From Bdellovibrionota bacterium (lineage in GTDB: Bacteria; Bdellovibrionota_C; UBA2361; JBGSMV01), in the NCBI GenBank assembly GCA_044356455.1, contig JBIKWF010000078.1, positions 1 through 20,720 on the forward strand: 20,720 nt of DNA, read 5' to 3'. The notes below the pieces were generated by a model. The model was not told the origin of the DNA. It saw nothing but the letters and a program-made list of their open reading frames with translations, and ran no database searches. Each line of letters opens with the position of its first letter. The first letter of the stretch is position 1. The position numbers were made by a program, and so were the translations under genes. Shown here piece after piece: positions 1 to 9,370 of the stretch.

Positions 1-688
1 TACCACCGAGATCAATGAACGCACCGTAGTCGGTAACATTCTTGACCACGCCTTCCATGACCACGCCTTCGCTGAGAACCTTAAGGGTCTCAGAACGAAG
101 CTGATCACGCTCTGAAAGGAGAACGGCGCGGCGAGAAAGAACGATATTGCCCTTGTCTCTGGTGATCTTGAGAACTTTGAAATCAAAGGTCTCGTTAAGG
201 AACTTGTCCAAATTGCGATGTGGACGCACATCGATCTGGGAACCAGGCAAAAAGGCTGGGATACCACTATCAACTTGGAGACCGCCCTTAACTTTCTGAA
301 CCACGCGGCCAGTGATGATCGCGTTCTTCTTAAATACGTCTTCTACGTAGTTCCAAACTTTAAGTTGGTCAGCCTTCTCTTTCGAGAGAAGCACTTGGCC
401 TGAGTCACCCTCAAGCGCAAGTACGCACACATCAATACCGTCCCCTAATTGAACGGTAAGCTTTCCTTCGCCGTCCATGAACTGCTGAACAGGAACGACG
501 CCATCGGACTTAAATCCGATGTCGACCGTGATCATGTCTTTATTGATGCCAACGACGGTGCCTGAAACAATCTTGCCCGGACGGAGGTTATCAAGCTGCT
601 TGTTGACCAGCTTCTCGAACTCGCTTGCGAACCCTGTCGAGGACCCTTCGTCCCCGAAGCCGCCTTGCGAAAAATTACCTTGTACCAT
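1..688 (-). CDS. rpsA: 30S ribosomal protein S1, 5' part; runs off the window start
   Basis: Not in the ORF track. Manual translation from ATG at 688: MVQGNFSQGG...GKIVSGTVVGINKDMITVDIGFKSDG...KVKGGLQVD.GIPAFLPGSQIDVRP...NIVLSRRAVL...VKNVTDYGAFIDLGG, which are typical S1 repeats. It lies downstream of cmk, the conserved cmk-rpsA order. Confidence 0.97.
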   Translation of the reverse strand, partial: MVQGNFSQGGFGDEGSSTGFASEFEKLVNKQLDNLRPGKIVSGTVVGINKDMITVDIGFKSDGVVPVQQFMDGEGKLTVQLGDGIDVCVLALEGDSGQVLLSKEKADQLKVWNYVEDVFKKNAIITGRVVQKVKGGLQVDSGIPAFLPGSQIDVRPHRNLDKFLNETFDFKVLKITRDKGNIVLSRRAVLLSERDQLRSETLKVLSEGVVMEGVVKNVTDYGAFIDLGG

Positions 689-1090
689 GATTACTCTTTC
701 CTAATTTGCGGAGCTGCTTTTTAGTAGCGCTCCCCACCAAACGTTAATTACGAAAATACGATAAAAATTCCTCTTGCTCCTCCAAGCAATCTCTCTCAAG
801 GCAAACTTTTCGCACATCACTTACCTGGCGCGTAAAAGTTTCTCTGGCTATGCACCTACTCGCACCTTCCCTATCATGTCCCTAGCCTTAGCGGCCTGAT
901 GAACATCACAGGGGAGAAAAAACATCTCACGCCGACCACTATCGCCGCGAAACATCTTTTCGTTCGAAAGGCCTTCTTTCGATGAAATTGCGACCCAAGT
1001 AGCTGAAGCCCAGAAAGCTAAAACAATGCTTTCGCACCTCGCGACCTTGAGGCCGTACTTACTATCGAGACAGCGCCGATTTTTGCGCCG

Positions 1091-1906
1091 TCAAGTTGCA
1101 GTAGCCACGCCCTTAGAGAGGGCGAGACTATACATTTTCTCAAGAACCAGGGTCAATGTTTGCTGGGAGTTATCAATAAAGATGGCATCCGGGGCTGGCT
1201 TGGTGGGCGCTTCTGCACGCCCCTGGTCCCGCTTATCGCGCTCCCGAATCTCGATTTCTATATTCTTTTTAAGCTCTTGGCCTGCTGAGGCAGCCCCTAC
1301 GTCTATGCCCTTGGCGGCATATTGGTCCAGGCGACGGGCTACCCGCACCTCCTCGCTGACCTCTACAAAGAACTTTAAGGGGGCGTCCTTAAACACGACC
1401 GTCCCCATATCCCGCCCTTCGGCTACGAGCCCTTGCCCGGGGAAAGCCTCCCTTTGGTGCATTATAAGTGCCGCCCGAACCTTCGCGTGCCGGGAAGCTT
1501 TTGAGGTTAACTCTGAGATTTGAGGCGTCTGGAGCCTGTCGGAGCAGTCAACACCATCAATAGTAATGAGGGAGCCGCGCTCGGGATCCCCAAGCAACTG
1601 CAAGGTGTGCTCGCCAATGAGCTTTACGAGACAATCTTCATCATCAACTGAGCACCCATTCTGAAGGGCGAGATAAGCAACCGCGCGATAAAGCAGCCCC
1701 GAGTTCAGATGCACAAACCCGAGGCGCTGCGCGAGCATGCGCGCGAGCGTGGTCTTACCGCAACCTGCGAGGCCATCAACGGTCACTACCGGGCGCCCCA
1801 CTTCGGCCGGAATTTTGCCAGCCGGAATTATGGCTGAAGTCGGTGCGCGACCTGCCGCCGGTGGTTCACACGAGGTCTTCTTATTGTCAGAGGACGAGTT
1901 CGTCAC
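1091..1906 (-). CDS. cmk: Cytidylate kinase; start uncertain, conserved core begins near aa 40
   Basis: P-loop VDGLAGCGKTT, NSGLLYRA, AEGRDMGTVVF, RDKRDQGR motifs; adjacent to rpsA. Confidence 0.95.
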   Translation of the reverse strand: MTNSSSDNKKTSCEPPAAGRAPTSAIIPAGKIPAEVGRPVVTVDGLAGCGKTTLARMLAQRLGFVHLNSGLLYRAVAYLALQNGCSVDDEDCLVKLIGEHTLQLLGDPERGSLITIDGVDCSDRLQTPQISELTSKASRHAKVRAALIMHQREAFPGQGLVAEGRDMGTVVFKDAPLKFFVEVSEEVRVARRLDQYAAKGIDVGAASAGQELKKNIEIEIRERDKRDQGRAEAPTKPAPDAIFIDNSQQTLTLVLEKMYSLALSKGVATAT

Positions 1907-2175
1907 ATAACACCATACAAAGCCTCGTAAGATTGCTGGCCGAGGGCAAAAAAAGCAACCACGGCACGAAAAAAGCTATCAGTTGATACCCCTGCCTCTC
2001 CTTCCAAGGCCGATACCAGCCGCCATAGGGAGAACTCGCAGGGGAAACCTTTGCAAAAACTGCAGAGTATACTGAGAACCGGGATACCCAACATGACGCC
2101 GTCTCTCCTGGAGGCAAGGTTCTAACTGCCTCATCCTTCATGAAGTGCCAAAAATTGTCCCTCCCAGAACACCGA

Positions 2176-2190
2176 TGGCCCGCAAATTGC
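2176..2190 (+). promoter_or_regulatory. Putative sigma54 (-24/-12) promoter of the pilin operon
   Basis: TGGCCCGCAAATTGC matches TGGCAC-N5-TTGC with exact GG-N10-GC spacing, about 80 bp upstream of the first prepilin gene. Confidence 0.6.
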
Positions 2191-2270
2191 CCTTGAAGCA
2201 CGTAGGAAGATGGAAGCTCGCTGCCTCGCTACGAATTTGACGCAGGCCGCGAAACAACCCTCGAAAACTT

Positions 2271-2780
2271 ATGACGACTCTTCTTTCAAAATCTCCTCGC
2301 GAAGCGACACAGGTTGTGCCGCGTCATCTCCCCACGCGTGCCTGCTCTGGGGAGAAGGGCTTCTCAGTAATAGAGCTCATTGTCGTCTTGGGCTTTGCTC
2401 TCCTCATAGGTGGCATCGCCATCCTCAATTTAAAAGCATTCGACGACCCTCTACTGAACGGCTCGGCCCAGCTTGCAAGCTTTTTTAAGCAAGTGCGCGC
2501 AAAAGCTATCAGTAGCACCTCTGCCTATATCATCTCCCCGGACGGCTCGAGCGGCGTGCAAACCCAGAGAGGGACAACCTGCGCAGATGCCAGTCCCGTT
2601 GATGACCCGCTTGCGTCCTTGACGCTGCCGTCGGGAGCGTATCTTTTCGATACCTCCTGGAGTTTCTGTTTTAACTCTCGCGGCCTCCCCGATGCCAATA
2701 TTGAAATTGAACTTCGCGACGTAGGGGGAGCAAACCGAATTGTTGAAGTTCTCTTAGGAGGGGCTGTGCGCATTCAATGA
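2271..2780 (+). CDS. Type IV minor pilin/pseudopilin, FimT/FimU/GspH-like
   Basis: Class III signal EKG|FSVIELIVV with Glu at +5, a hydrophobic helix, and a C-terminal FNSRG motif typical of GspH/FimT. Confidence 0.85.
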   Translation: MTTLLSKSPREATQVVPRHLPTRACSGEKGFSVIELIVVLGFALLIGGIAILNLKAFDDPLLNGSAQLASFFKQVRAKAISSTSAYIISPDGSSGVQTQRGTTCADASPVDDPLASLTLPSGAYLFDTSWSFCFNSRGLPDANIEIELRDVGGANRIVEVLLGGAVRIQ

Positions 2781-3172
2781 GAACTCTGCGTATCAACCAT
2801 CGCAATGCCGGCTTCACCCTTATCGAGACACTGGTGTCTTTGCTCATCTTCTCGCTTGTCACCGCTGCCATGATGCCAGCGTTTATGTCTCAGCTTAAGT
2901 ATTCTCACCAATCCAAAGTCAAGACAGGAGCCCTATCGGCGGCGCAGCAAGCCCTTGATGCGGTACGAGTAGTCAACCCAGAGACACTACCAACCGGTGG
3001 AGCAACCACGACTTCGACCATCACTGCTGGTGATTACACGTATTCGGTGGTTCTCACGTACTGCAATCCAGACACGTATTGCTCAACAAGGTCGCGGTTT
3101 ATTACCGCTGAGGTAAGTTATCAAGGAACAGAGCTTTATGAAGTTTCAACGGTCTTTACTCGCTTGCGGTAG
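2777..3172 (+). CDS. Type IV minor pilin, PilV/GspI-like
   Basis: NAG|FTLIETLVS prepilin motif; 131 aa; ATGA overlap with the upstream gene. Confidence 0.85.
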   Translation: MRTLRINHRNAGFTLIETLVSLLIFSLVTAAMMPAFMSQLKYSHQSKVKTGALSAAQQALDAVRVVNPETLPTGGATTTSTITAGDYTYSVVLTYCNPDTYCSTRSRFITAEVSYQGTELYEVSTVFTRLR

Positions 3173-4064
3173 CCAGAAATCCGCTGCGGGATTTACCGTG
3201 GTTGAGTTTCTTGTTGCCTCATTCATTGGCCTTCTCGTCATGGCGCTGGCCATGTCGTCAACGTTAAGCGGAAGAAGCCTCTACCGCGAAGATGTCGTGC
3301 GCACGCGTATACAACAGAACCTTCGCAGTGCGATTGACCTTATTACTCTCAACGCGAGGCAAGCAGGAGAAAGTTTCGAGTCGACCTTTCCCGCAATTCT
3401 TATCTCCAACGGCAGTGGTTCGAACTCTGATGAACTCGTGCTTAGGCGCAACCTTTTTGAAAACGAGGTCCTCAATATCTGCCAAGACCTTACCGCCGGA
3501 GCGGTCAATACCGAAATCGTTACCTCGAACGATCCCGCCAACCTGAACGCGAACTGCAGATATACGGCGGGTTGGCAGACGTTTCTCATGACTACCTGGC
3601 GCAATTACCGGACCGCGCAAGGAGGCACCGTACGCGCATTCGCATTCAACCGCTCGACGCGTGCCGGAGAATTCTTCCCCTATAGCGGCGAAGTGGATTC
3701 AGGCTCTCAGCTTCGTGTGCAACGCTCCAGTGGTTCATGGACAAACAACTACACCGGAGACGGAGTGAGTGCCGCTTTCTATCTCGCGGAGGAATTTAGA
3801 TACCGCCTGTCGTCGGGCGTTCTCCAACTCGTGGTGAACGATGACGCAAGTTCTGCGCTCAACGTGGTTGATGGCATCACAGATTTTCAAGTTCTTGCCC
3901 ACATGGAAGACGGGACAACCAAGACCGCTCTCGCAGCTACGGACGAATGGACAGAAGTGGTCTCGCTTGAGATTAGCGTCTCAGGTTCCGAGACCATTGG
4001 GGGGAAAACAATAGCCGACACCCTTACGACACAGGTATTTGCGAGAAATATTCTTTCTCACTGA
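3138..4064 (+). CDS. Type IV minor pilin, PilW/GspJ-like
   Basis: AAG|FTVVEFLVA prepilin motif; QQNLRSAIDLI...RQAG helix typical of PilW; third position in the operon. Confidence 0.85.
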   Translation: MKFQRSLLACGSQKSAAGFTVVEFLVASFIGLLVMALAMSSTLSGRSLYREDVVRTRIQQNLRSAIDLITLNARQAGESFESTFPAILISNGSGSNSDELVLRRNLFENEVLNICQDLTAGAVNTEIVTSNDPANLNANCRYTAGWQTFLMTTWRNYRTAQGGTVRAFAFNRSTRAGEFFPYSGEVDSGSQLRVQRSSGSWTNNYTGDGVSAAFYLAEEFRYRLSSGVLQLVVNDDASSALNVVDGITDFQVLAHMEDGTTKTALAATDEWTEVVSLEISVSGSETIGGKTIADTLTTQVFARNILSH

Positions 4065-4073
4065 GGACGCACT

Positions 4074-5996
4074 ATGGACACTATCAGCTCTCTCCTGCGA
4101 ACACCTCCCTCACGAAACCGGGCCAACCAAGGGTTCGCCCTCATTTCGATGTTTCTCATGCTCGCTGCGATGAGTGCGCTTCTTGGAGCATACCTTGTCA
4201 TTACCCGGGTTGAACTTGCTACTTCAAAGTCGTCCAAAGATAGCATGTCTGGCTTCTACGCCGCCGAAGCAGGACTTAATATTCGTGCGGAAACGATTCG
4301 CTCCATCTTCATCGGATATAACAGTCCTTCGGGGACCTCTCCTTCTACCGCAACGACCCCCTGCTCAACCGGAAACCTGGGGACAGGAGACATGGCCTGC
4401 GCCACCTACACCTTTAACAATCGCTCCATTCCAACCTATGTTATCGATCATCAGCCGGGTACCGACCCACCCCTCATTCCCATTCGGCAGGGTGAACTTT
4501 ACCAGGGGCTAAACGCACAGGAGTACGTCTACACGGCTGACGCGCAAGCACTTGCAAACGACGGACGCACCGAAGCGATTCTGCAACTTCGCTTCAAGAG
4601 TCGCTTGGTTCCCCTTTTCCAGTTCGCAGTATTTTACGACAAAGACCTCGAGATCTTGCCAGGACCAGCCATGACCTTGAGCGGACCTGTGCACACCAAC
4701 GGGGACCTCTATCTTCAGTCCGATAACGTTCTCACCGTGAACGGACAAGTAAGCTCGACAGGTACGATCTATAGAGGGCGCAAGAATGACGCCACGTGCC
4801 GCAGCAATTCCGCCCGCGTTTTTGACCCTTCTTCCGCTAGGCATCTTGTCCCCTCCTGCTCCTCGCGAACCACGGTAAACGCAAGTCACATTTCTGCCTT
4901 CAATGGGATGATTAAATACGGAGTAGATTCCGTTACGGTGCCTCCTCCCAAAGCCCTGGACCCCACGCCCGGCGCCGTATACTGGGACAAAGCCGATTTG
5001 CGAATTGTTCTCAAAGTCGACGGAAGCTACAACCCGATTGTAAATGTTGCGGGAGTGACCACTGGCATAGAAGTGCGAAATGCAGATAATACAATAAATT
5101 CTGCGGCTACTTCTGCCCTTTTCAACTGCTCCGCGGCTCAAGCCAACAACGTTCGCACCATTCGAAGAAATCCAGCCGGGGGCGACAACAGCATGGCAGT
5201 GGTTGGCACAAGCTACAGCTTCCAGAATCGCCGAGAGAATAGGCGGATTCGAATGCTGGACGTTGATGTGCGGGGGCTCTTTAACTGCCTTCATAGCACA
5301 AGCTGGCTCGGCATCTCAGGAAGAGCGCTCAACGACAGCACTGAAGGCGGCCTCGTATTCTTTCTCACGGTTGATGGGCCAAACGGCACTACCAACACGA
5401 GCCCCTACGGAGTCCGCATCCGAAACGGCGCAACCCTTCAAAGTAATATAGGAGGTGCCGCAACTGTTCGTGGACTTACGGTAGTTTCAGACCAGGCCGT
5501 CTACGTTCAAGGCGATTATAACACCACACCCAAAATTCCGGCAGCGGTTCTCGCTGACTCCTTTAACCCTCTGTCGAATTACTTCTACGACGCAGGAGCT
5601 CAGAACTTTAGAGATGCGTCGACCCTTTTGAACGTGAGCTCTCGCCCTGCAACGAGCACGATTCAAAATACGGCAGTCATGGCAGGAACTGATACCACGG
5701 GCGGGCAAGAAGGCAGCGCAGGCCAAGGGGGTGCTTATAACGGAGGACTCGAAAACTACCCGCGTTTCCACGAGGACTGGACGGGAGATACCTATACGTA
5801 CCGCGGCTCCTTCGTAAGTCTCAACAGGCCGCGCCGCGTAAGTGGAGCTTGGGTGTATGGCAACCCGCAGTACACGGCACCAAACCGCAACTGGGACTAC
5901 GACACCTCATTCAACAACGCGGCAAATTTGCCACCCATTACGCCACGCTTCGTATACCTAAGGCAGGAACTCTTTGTGCGCGACTTTGATCAGTAA
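4074..5996 (+). CDS. Large PilX/GspK-like pilin with an extended beta-rich C-terminal region
   Basis: NQG|FALISMFLML lacks Glu+5, as in PilX/GspK; GFYAAEAGL PilX N-terminal motif; GPVHTNGDL; C-terminal GGLENYPRFHEDW...APNRNWDYD. Confidence 0.8.
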   Translation: MDTISSLLRTPPSRNRANQGFALISMFLMLAAMSALLGAYLVITRVELATSKSSKDSMSGFYAAEAGLNIRAETIRSIFIGYNSPSGTSPSTATTPCSTGNLGTGDMACATYTFNNRSIPTYVIDHQPGTDPPLIPIRQGELYQGLNAQEYVYTADAQALANDGRTEAILQLRFKSRLVPLFQFAVFYDKDLEILPGPAMTLSGPVHTNGDLYLQSDNVLTVNGQVSSTGTIYRGRKNDATCRSNSARVFDPSSARHLVPSCSSRTTVNASHISAFNGMIKYGVDSVTVPPPKALDPTPGAVYWDKADLRIVLKVDGSYNPIVNVAGVTTGIEVRNADNTINSAATSALFNCSAAQANNVRTIRRNPAGGDNSMAVVGTSYSFQNRRENRRIRMLDVDVRGLFNCLHSTSWLGISGRALNDSTEGGLVFFLTVDGPNGTTNTSPYGVRIRNGATLQSNIGGAATVRGLTVVSDQAVYVQGDYNTTPKIPAAVLADSFNPLSNYFYDAGAQNFRDASTLLNVSSRPATSTIQNTAVMAGTDTTGGQEGSAGQGGAYNGGLENYPRFHEDWTGDTYTYRGSFVSLNRPRRVSGAWVYGNPQYTAPNRNWDYDTSFNNAANLPPITPRFVYLRQELFVRDFDQ

Positions 5997-6173
5997 CCTG
6001 TGCAAACTGCCCTTGTAAGTCCCTAGAAAGACAGTGTTCACTATCTTCTCAATACGTTAGCCTCAAGGTTCTTGAAATCTCTGACGACCATACTCACATC
6101 ATAAGGGTATGAGTCACCTCAAGTCCTTCCTTAGGAAGGCGTAGGTACACTCCTTAAGGGACCCAAGAGTCTT

Positions 6174-7361
6174 ATGCGGCGGCGTCCTCAAATTCGCACC
6201 AATCCCTCCATTTCGCATAGCTACGACCCCCTGCCAGGAACTCGATCTATTGGGCTCGTGCTCTCGGGCGGTGGATCTCGCGCTGCCTACCAAGCTGGCG
6301 TGTTGCGCGCGCTTCTCCCCTATCTCCAAGACGGCAGCCAACCCATTTCAGTAATTGTAGGAAGCAGTATTGGCGCGATTAACGGGCTTATAGCCGGCGC
6401 CTGTCTTAAGCACGGGCTTAGTCACGCCGTAGAACAATTGCACGAAATCTGGATAGAACGAACGTACCGAAATACCTTTGCAAACTCCCCCTCAAAAGCA
6501 TTTCTTCGCGCGATTAAAGTCGCCGCAACCCAGTATCTCGCTCCAGGTCCCCACGCCAATGCGGAGTCTATCTTTGACCCCACTCCGCTAGTAAATCGCG
6601 TTGACCAAGTGCTCAAAGATAACGGCGGCCTGAAAGCTGATAATAGACACAAAGACCTGACTGCCGTTGGCGTCATGACTACGCTGGAAGGTGAGAAACG
6701 AAAGCCACTTCTTTTCTTGAGTGCTCGCGATCAAATTTCCACGGAAACTATGTCGGGCGCCACATTCCAAGTGCGCTATCACGACGACCTTCATGCTAAG
6801 CATGGATTTGCTTCCGCTGCCCTACCCTCAGTGCTGCCTCCCGTCGAACTTGATGACGCAGGAAACAAGCTGCGCTTGGTTGACGGGGGAATCTCACAGA
6901 ACGTACCCGTCGACCCAGCGGTGCGACTCGGAGCTCACCGGGTAATTGTTCTCGATATCTCCGGTCGTTCCTGGTGGCTCGACCGATACGGTGAAGCGCA
7001 TGATACGAGACCAAAGTGGGAAGTGCCTGCAGAACTTGAAACGTTCTGTATGCGTCCTCCAGAGACCTTAGTCATTAAGAACCAGGAGCCTTTTGGCCCC
7101 TTACTTAAGGCAGCGGTAGGATCCTCTTCAAGCAAGTTCATCAGTGCGGTAGGTCCCGTCTGGCCCCTCTTTACCCTTCTTCGAAAAAAGCTAGGAGAAG
7201 ATATCGCCTACGAGACAATGTCCTACGTTGCTCTCGATCGCGATTACATTCAGGGACTTCTCGAGCGCGGTTTTAATGAGACGAACAAACTTCTGAGACA
7301 CAAAGTTCAGCTCGAGTTCACGCAAAGCTCAAATTACAAGCAGTGGGCCAGTGGTCTTTAA
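6174..7361 (+). CDS. Patatin-like phospholipase
   Basis: LSGGGSRAAYQAG oxyanion motif, GSSIG nucleophile elbow, ASAALP, and DGG catalytic Asp. Confidence 0.92.
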   Translation: MRRRPQIRTNPSISHSYDPLPGTRSIGLVLSGGGSRAAYQAGVLRALLPYLQDGSQPISVIVGSSIGAINGLIAGACLKHGLSHAVEQLHEIWIERTYRNTFANSPSKAFLRAIKVAATQYLAPGPHANAESIFDPTPLVNRVDQVLKDNGGLKADNRHKDLTAVGVMTTLEGEKRKPLLFLSARDQISTETMSGATFQVRYHDDLHAKHGFASAALPSVLPPVELDDAGNKLRLVDGGISQNVPVDPAVRLGAHRVIVLDISGRSWWLDRYGEAHDTRPKWEVPAELETFCMRPPETLVIKNQEPFGPLLKAAVGSSSSKFISAVGPVWPLFTLLRKKLGEDIAYETMSYVALDRDYIQGLLERGFNETNKLLRHKVQLEFTQSSNYKQWASGL

Positions 7362-8107
7362 TTTTTATCTACGACTAATTCACCGGTTCCCTCTGATCGC
7401 AGATTCTTCTGCGGGCAGCGCGCAGGAATATCGTAGAAATCAAGCACCGCCTGCATAAGCTGGTTTTCTTCACGCCCCGCCTCTAGCGCCAAGCGCCACG
7501 CCGTAGGGAGATGGCTCACCATGCTTTGCGCCTGGCCCAAGAGATACTCATCAGCAAGCCTCGAGGTAACCACTAACGAGGGGCACCTAATTCTCTGCAG
7601 AAAAGGCTTTCCGTCGAAACCTTCCTGCCGCTGCCTTAGAGGAAGCCCAAGGGGGAGATGCTCCTCTAGCCAGTCCACAACTCGGGACCCGCGAGATGGA
7701 TGAGCACGCGTTGCAGCATCTACAAATACCGCCGTGCGAACCAGGCGCGGCTCGGTAAGACAAAGGTGCTGAAGAAGAGTGCCAGCCGCTCCCAGGCTGA
7801 CAAGAGAAGCCTGGCGAATAGACCTTTCGGCAATAATGCCTCGGACTCCCTCGGTAATGCGCTCCCAGGACCCGGCATGTACTCTCTCGGTTTCTATCCA
7901 CACTACGCGGGCGTTCGCGGCTAGGGCCTGCGCTAACTTTTGTGCGAAACCACTATAGGTACTGCGCTCTTGAAGAACGCAAACAACCCTGCCCTTCCCA
8001 CTGTCTGAAAGCAAACGAACTAAGGACTGGGAATCCCTGGCTAAAATAGAGCTCTTCGTTTGTGCGTCCACCGTGTTTTCCATAAGAGCAAATAGAAGGT
8101 TCCCCAA
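7358..8107 (-). CDS. Alpha/beta hydrolase-fold protein, apparently lacking the catalytic Ser
   Basis: Fold-typical segments (PRLVRTAVFVD, LQRIRCPSLVV), but the nucleophile elbow reads LVSLGAAG rather than GxSxG. Confidence 0.6.
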   Translation of the reverse strand: MGNLLFALMENTVDAQTKSSILARDSQSLVRLLSDSGKGRVVCVLQERSTYSGFAQKLAQALAANARVVWIETERVHAGSWERITEGVRGIIAERSIRQASLVSLGAAGTLLQHLCLTEPRLVRTAVFVDAATRAHPSRGSRVVDWLEEHLPLGLPLRQRQEGFDGKPFLQRIRCPSLVVTSRLADEYLLGQAQSMVSHLPTAWRLALEAGREENQLMQAVLDFYDIPARCPQKNLRSEGTGELVVDKN

Positions 8108-8392
8108 GGAAGAGCTTGCTGCCCTGGTGCTCTACCTCAAAGCGATTTGCGAATAGATGTTCTATACTTCCCTGCCCTACAACTGAGAAGAGGCCAAGCT
8201 AACCCCCTCTATAATTGAGCAGAGTTTCAGAATCCATACCGCACTGTAAGAAACGAGAGATCCTATTGGTCCCCCGTGTTTGATATGCCCCATAAATTGT
8301 GTAAGCCTTACCCAGGGTCGCGTTGCTCCCTTCGTTCTTTGACGGTGAATCAGTTCGTGGAAGCTTTTTTCGATTAGCAGATTCTTTCTGAA

Positions 8393-9370
8393 TTGCAGGA
8401 AGGCCAGCGGCAAGCAGAATACGTAGACAGGGGACGCGACTCAAATGGATACGGTATGAAGTGGGGCCAGCCCGGGCCATTTGAGATTATTGAAACCGAG
8501 GCTTTTGTGTCCTCTGGTACACCCGCTCAGGCGGAGCCCGCTTCTGTCTCTTCTGTTCCATCTGTTCCTTTTCCTGCAGTGCATCAATCTGCAGAACCTG
8601 AGTTCTCAGCGCAGGTTTCCCCTTTAGCTAATAGACCAATAGCTAGTAGACCAGGCGCAAGCAGTAAGTCAGCAGCGTCAAATGTTGCCCCCCTCTCCTT
8701 TGCAACAAGCACGAGCGCTGCTCACGAAATAGATAAGACTGAAACAAATCCGAGCCCTAACTCCCCTTCTCCTTACCTGGCCCCTCTTACCATTTTTCGT
8801 AAGGCGGTCCTCAGCGCATGCCCTTCTTCGGGCTCGAAAACTGCCATGGCGGAAAACGTTTCTTCAAGCTCATCTCCGCAGGCTCCTCAGAACCTGCAAA
8901 CACGAAATCCCTTTACTGCAGTAGAGGCTCCTGTTGAAGCACCCCGTAGGCGCTACGACTGCCAGAATTACTGCACCTGCCTTGATCTTGCAGCTGCACT
9001 TAATTGGGATAACTTCACCTGCCGCGGATGTAGCGGTGAGATTGATGAGAAATTGCTTTGGAGGGCTCGGCAGGCTCTTCGGAAGGACGAGATAGCCCGC
9101 CAGGTTTGCGACCTACCCTCGATCGGCATATCGCATAAGGAAGCGAACTCCCCATGCAACGTCACGCGAGGAAAAGGTAACAGCACTCAAGCGACCTCAC
9201 GTGAGTCATGCCGCGAGGTCGGCACGGCTCAAACCTTGGCTTCGAACTCTACCCAAGACTCAACAAGCACCCCGCCCTGTTCTAAAACAGCAGAGGGGAA
9301 GAACAGTCCCGCAAAATCAAATTCCAGCAAAGGGCATCCCGCTGGACTTAGCTTGGCGACGAAGCGCTAG
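8393..9370 (+). CDS. Hypothetical protein: Ser/Pro/Ala-rich arms around a Cys-rich core; likely start ATG 8456
   Basis: Long ORF with low-complexity ends and a compact core YDCQNYCTCLDLAAALNWDNFTCRGC. Confidence 0.6.
   Translation: MQEGQRQAEYVDRGRDSNGYGMKWGQPGPFEIIETEAFVSSGTPAQAEPASVSSVPSVPFPAVHQSAEPEFSAQVSPLANRPIASRPGASSKSAASNVAPLSFATSTSAAHEIDKTETNPSPNSPSPYLAPLTIFRKAVLSACPSSGSKTAMAENVSSSSSPQAPQNLQTRNPFTAVEAPVEAPRRRYDCQNYCTCLDLAAALNWDNFTCRGCSGEIDEKLLWRARQALRKDEIARQVCDLPSIGISHKEANSPCNVTRGKGNSTQATSRESCREVGTAQTLASNSTQDSTSTPPCSKTAEGKNSPAKSNSSKGHPAGLSLATKR

Noticed and set aside
218..704. Plus-strand ORFs 218-403 and 519-704
   Set aside because: Antisense shadows of rpsA.
1887..2201. Minus-strand ORFs 1887-2201 and 1903-2094 upstream of cmk
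   Set aside because: No recognisable motifs, and they lie in the divergent promoter region. The GTGA overlap with the uncertain cmk start is not enough support.
3264..5771. Alternative-frame and antisense ORFs in the pilin operon (e.g. 4509-5294)
   Set aside because: Fully overlap well-supported genes and carry no motifs.
6174..7361. Patatin as a CBASS CapV-type defence effector
   Set aside because: No CD-NTase or other defence gene nearby.
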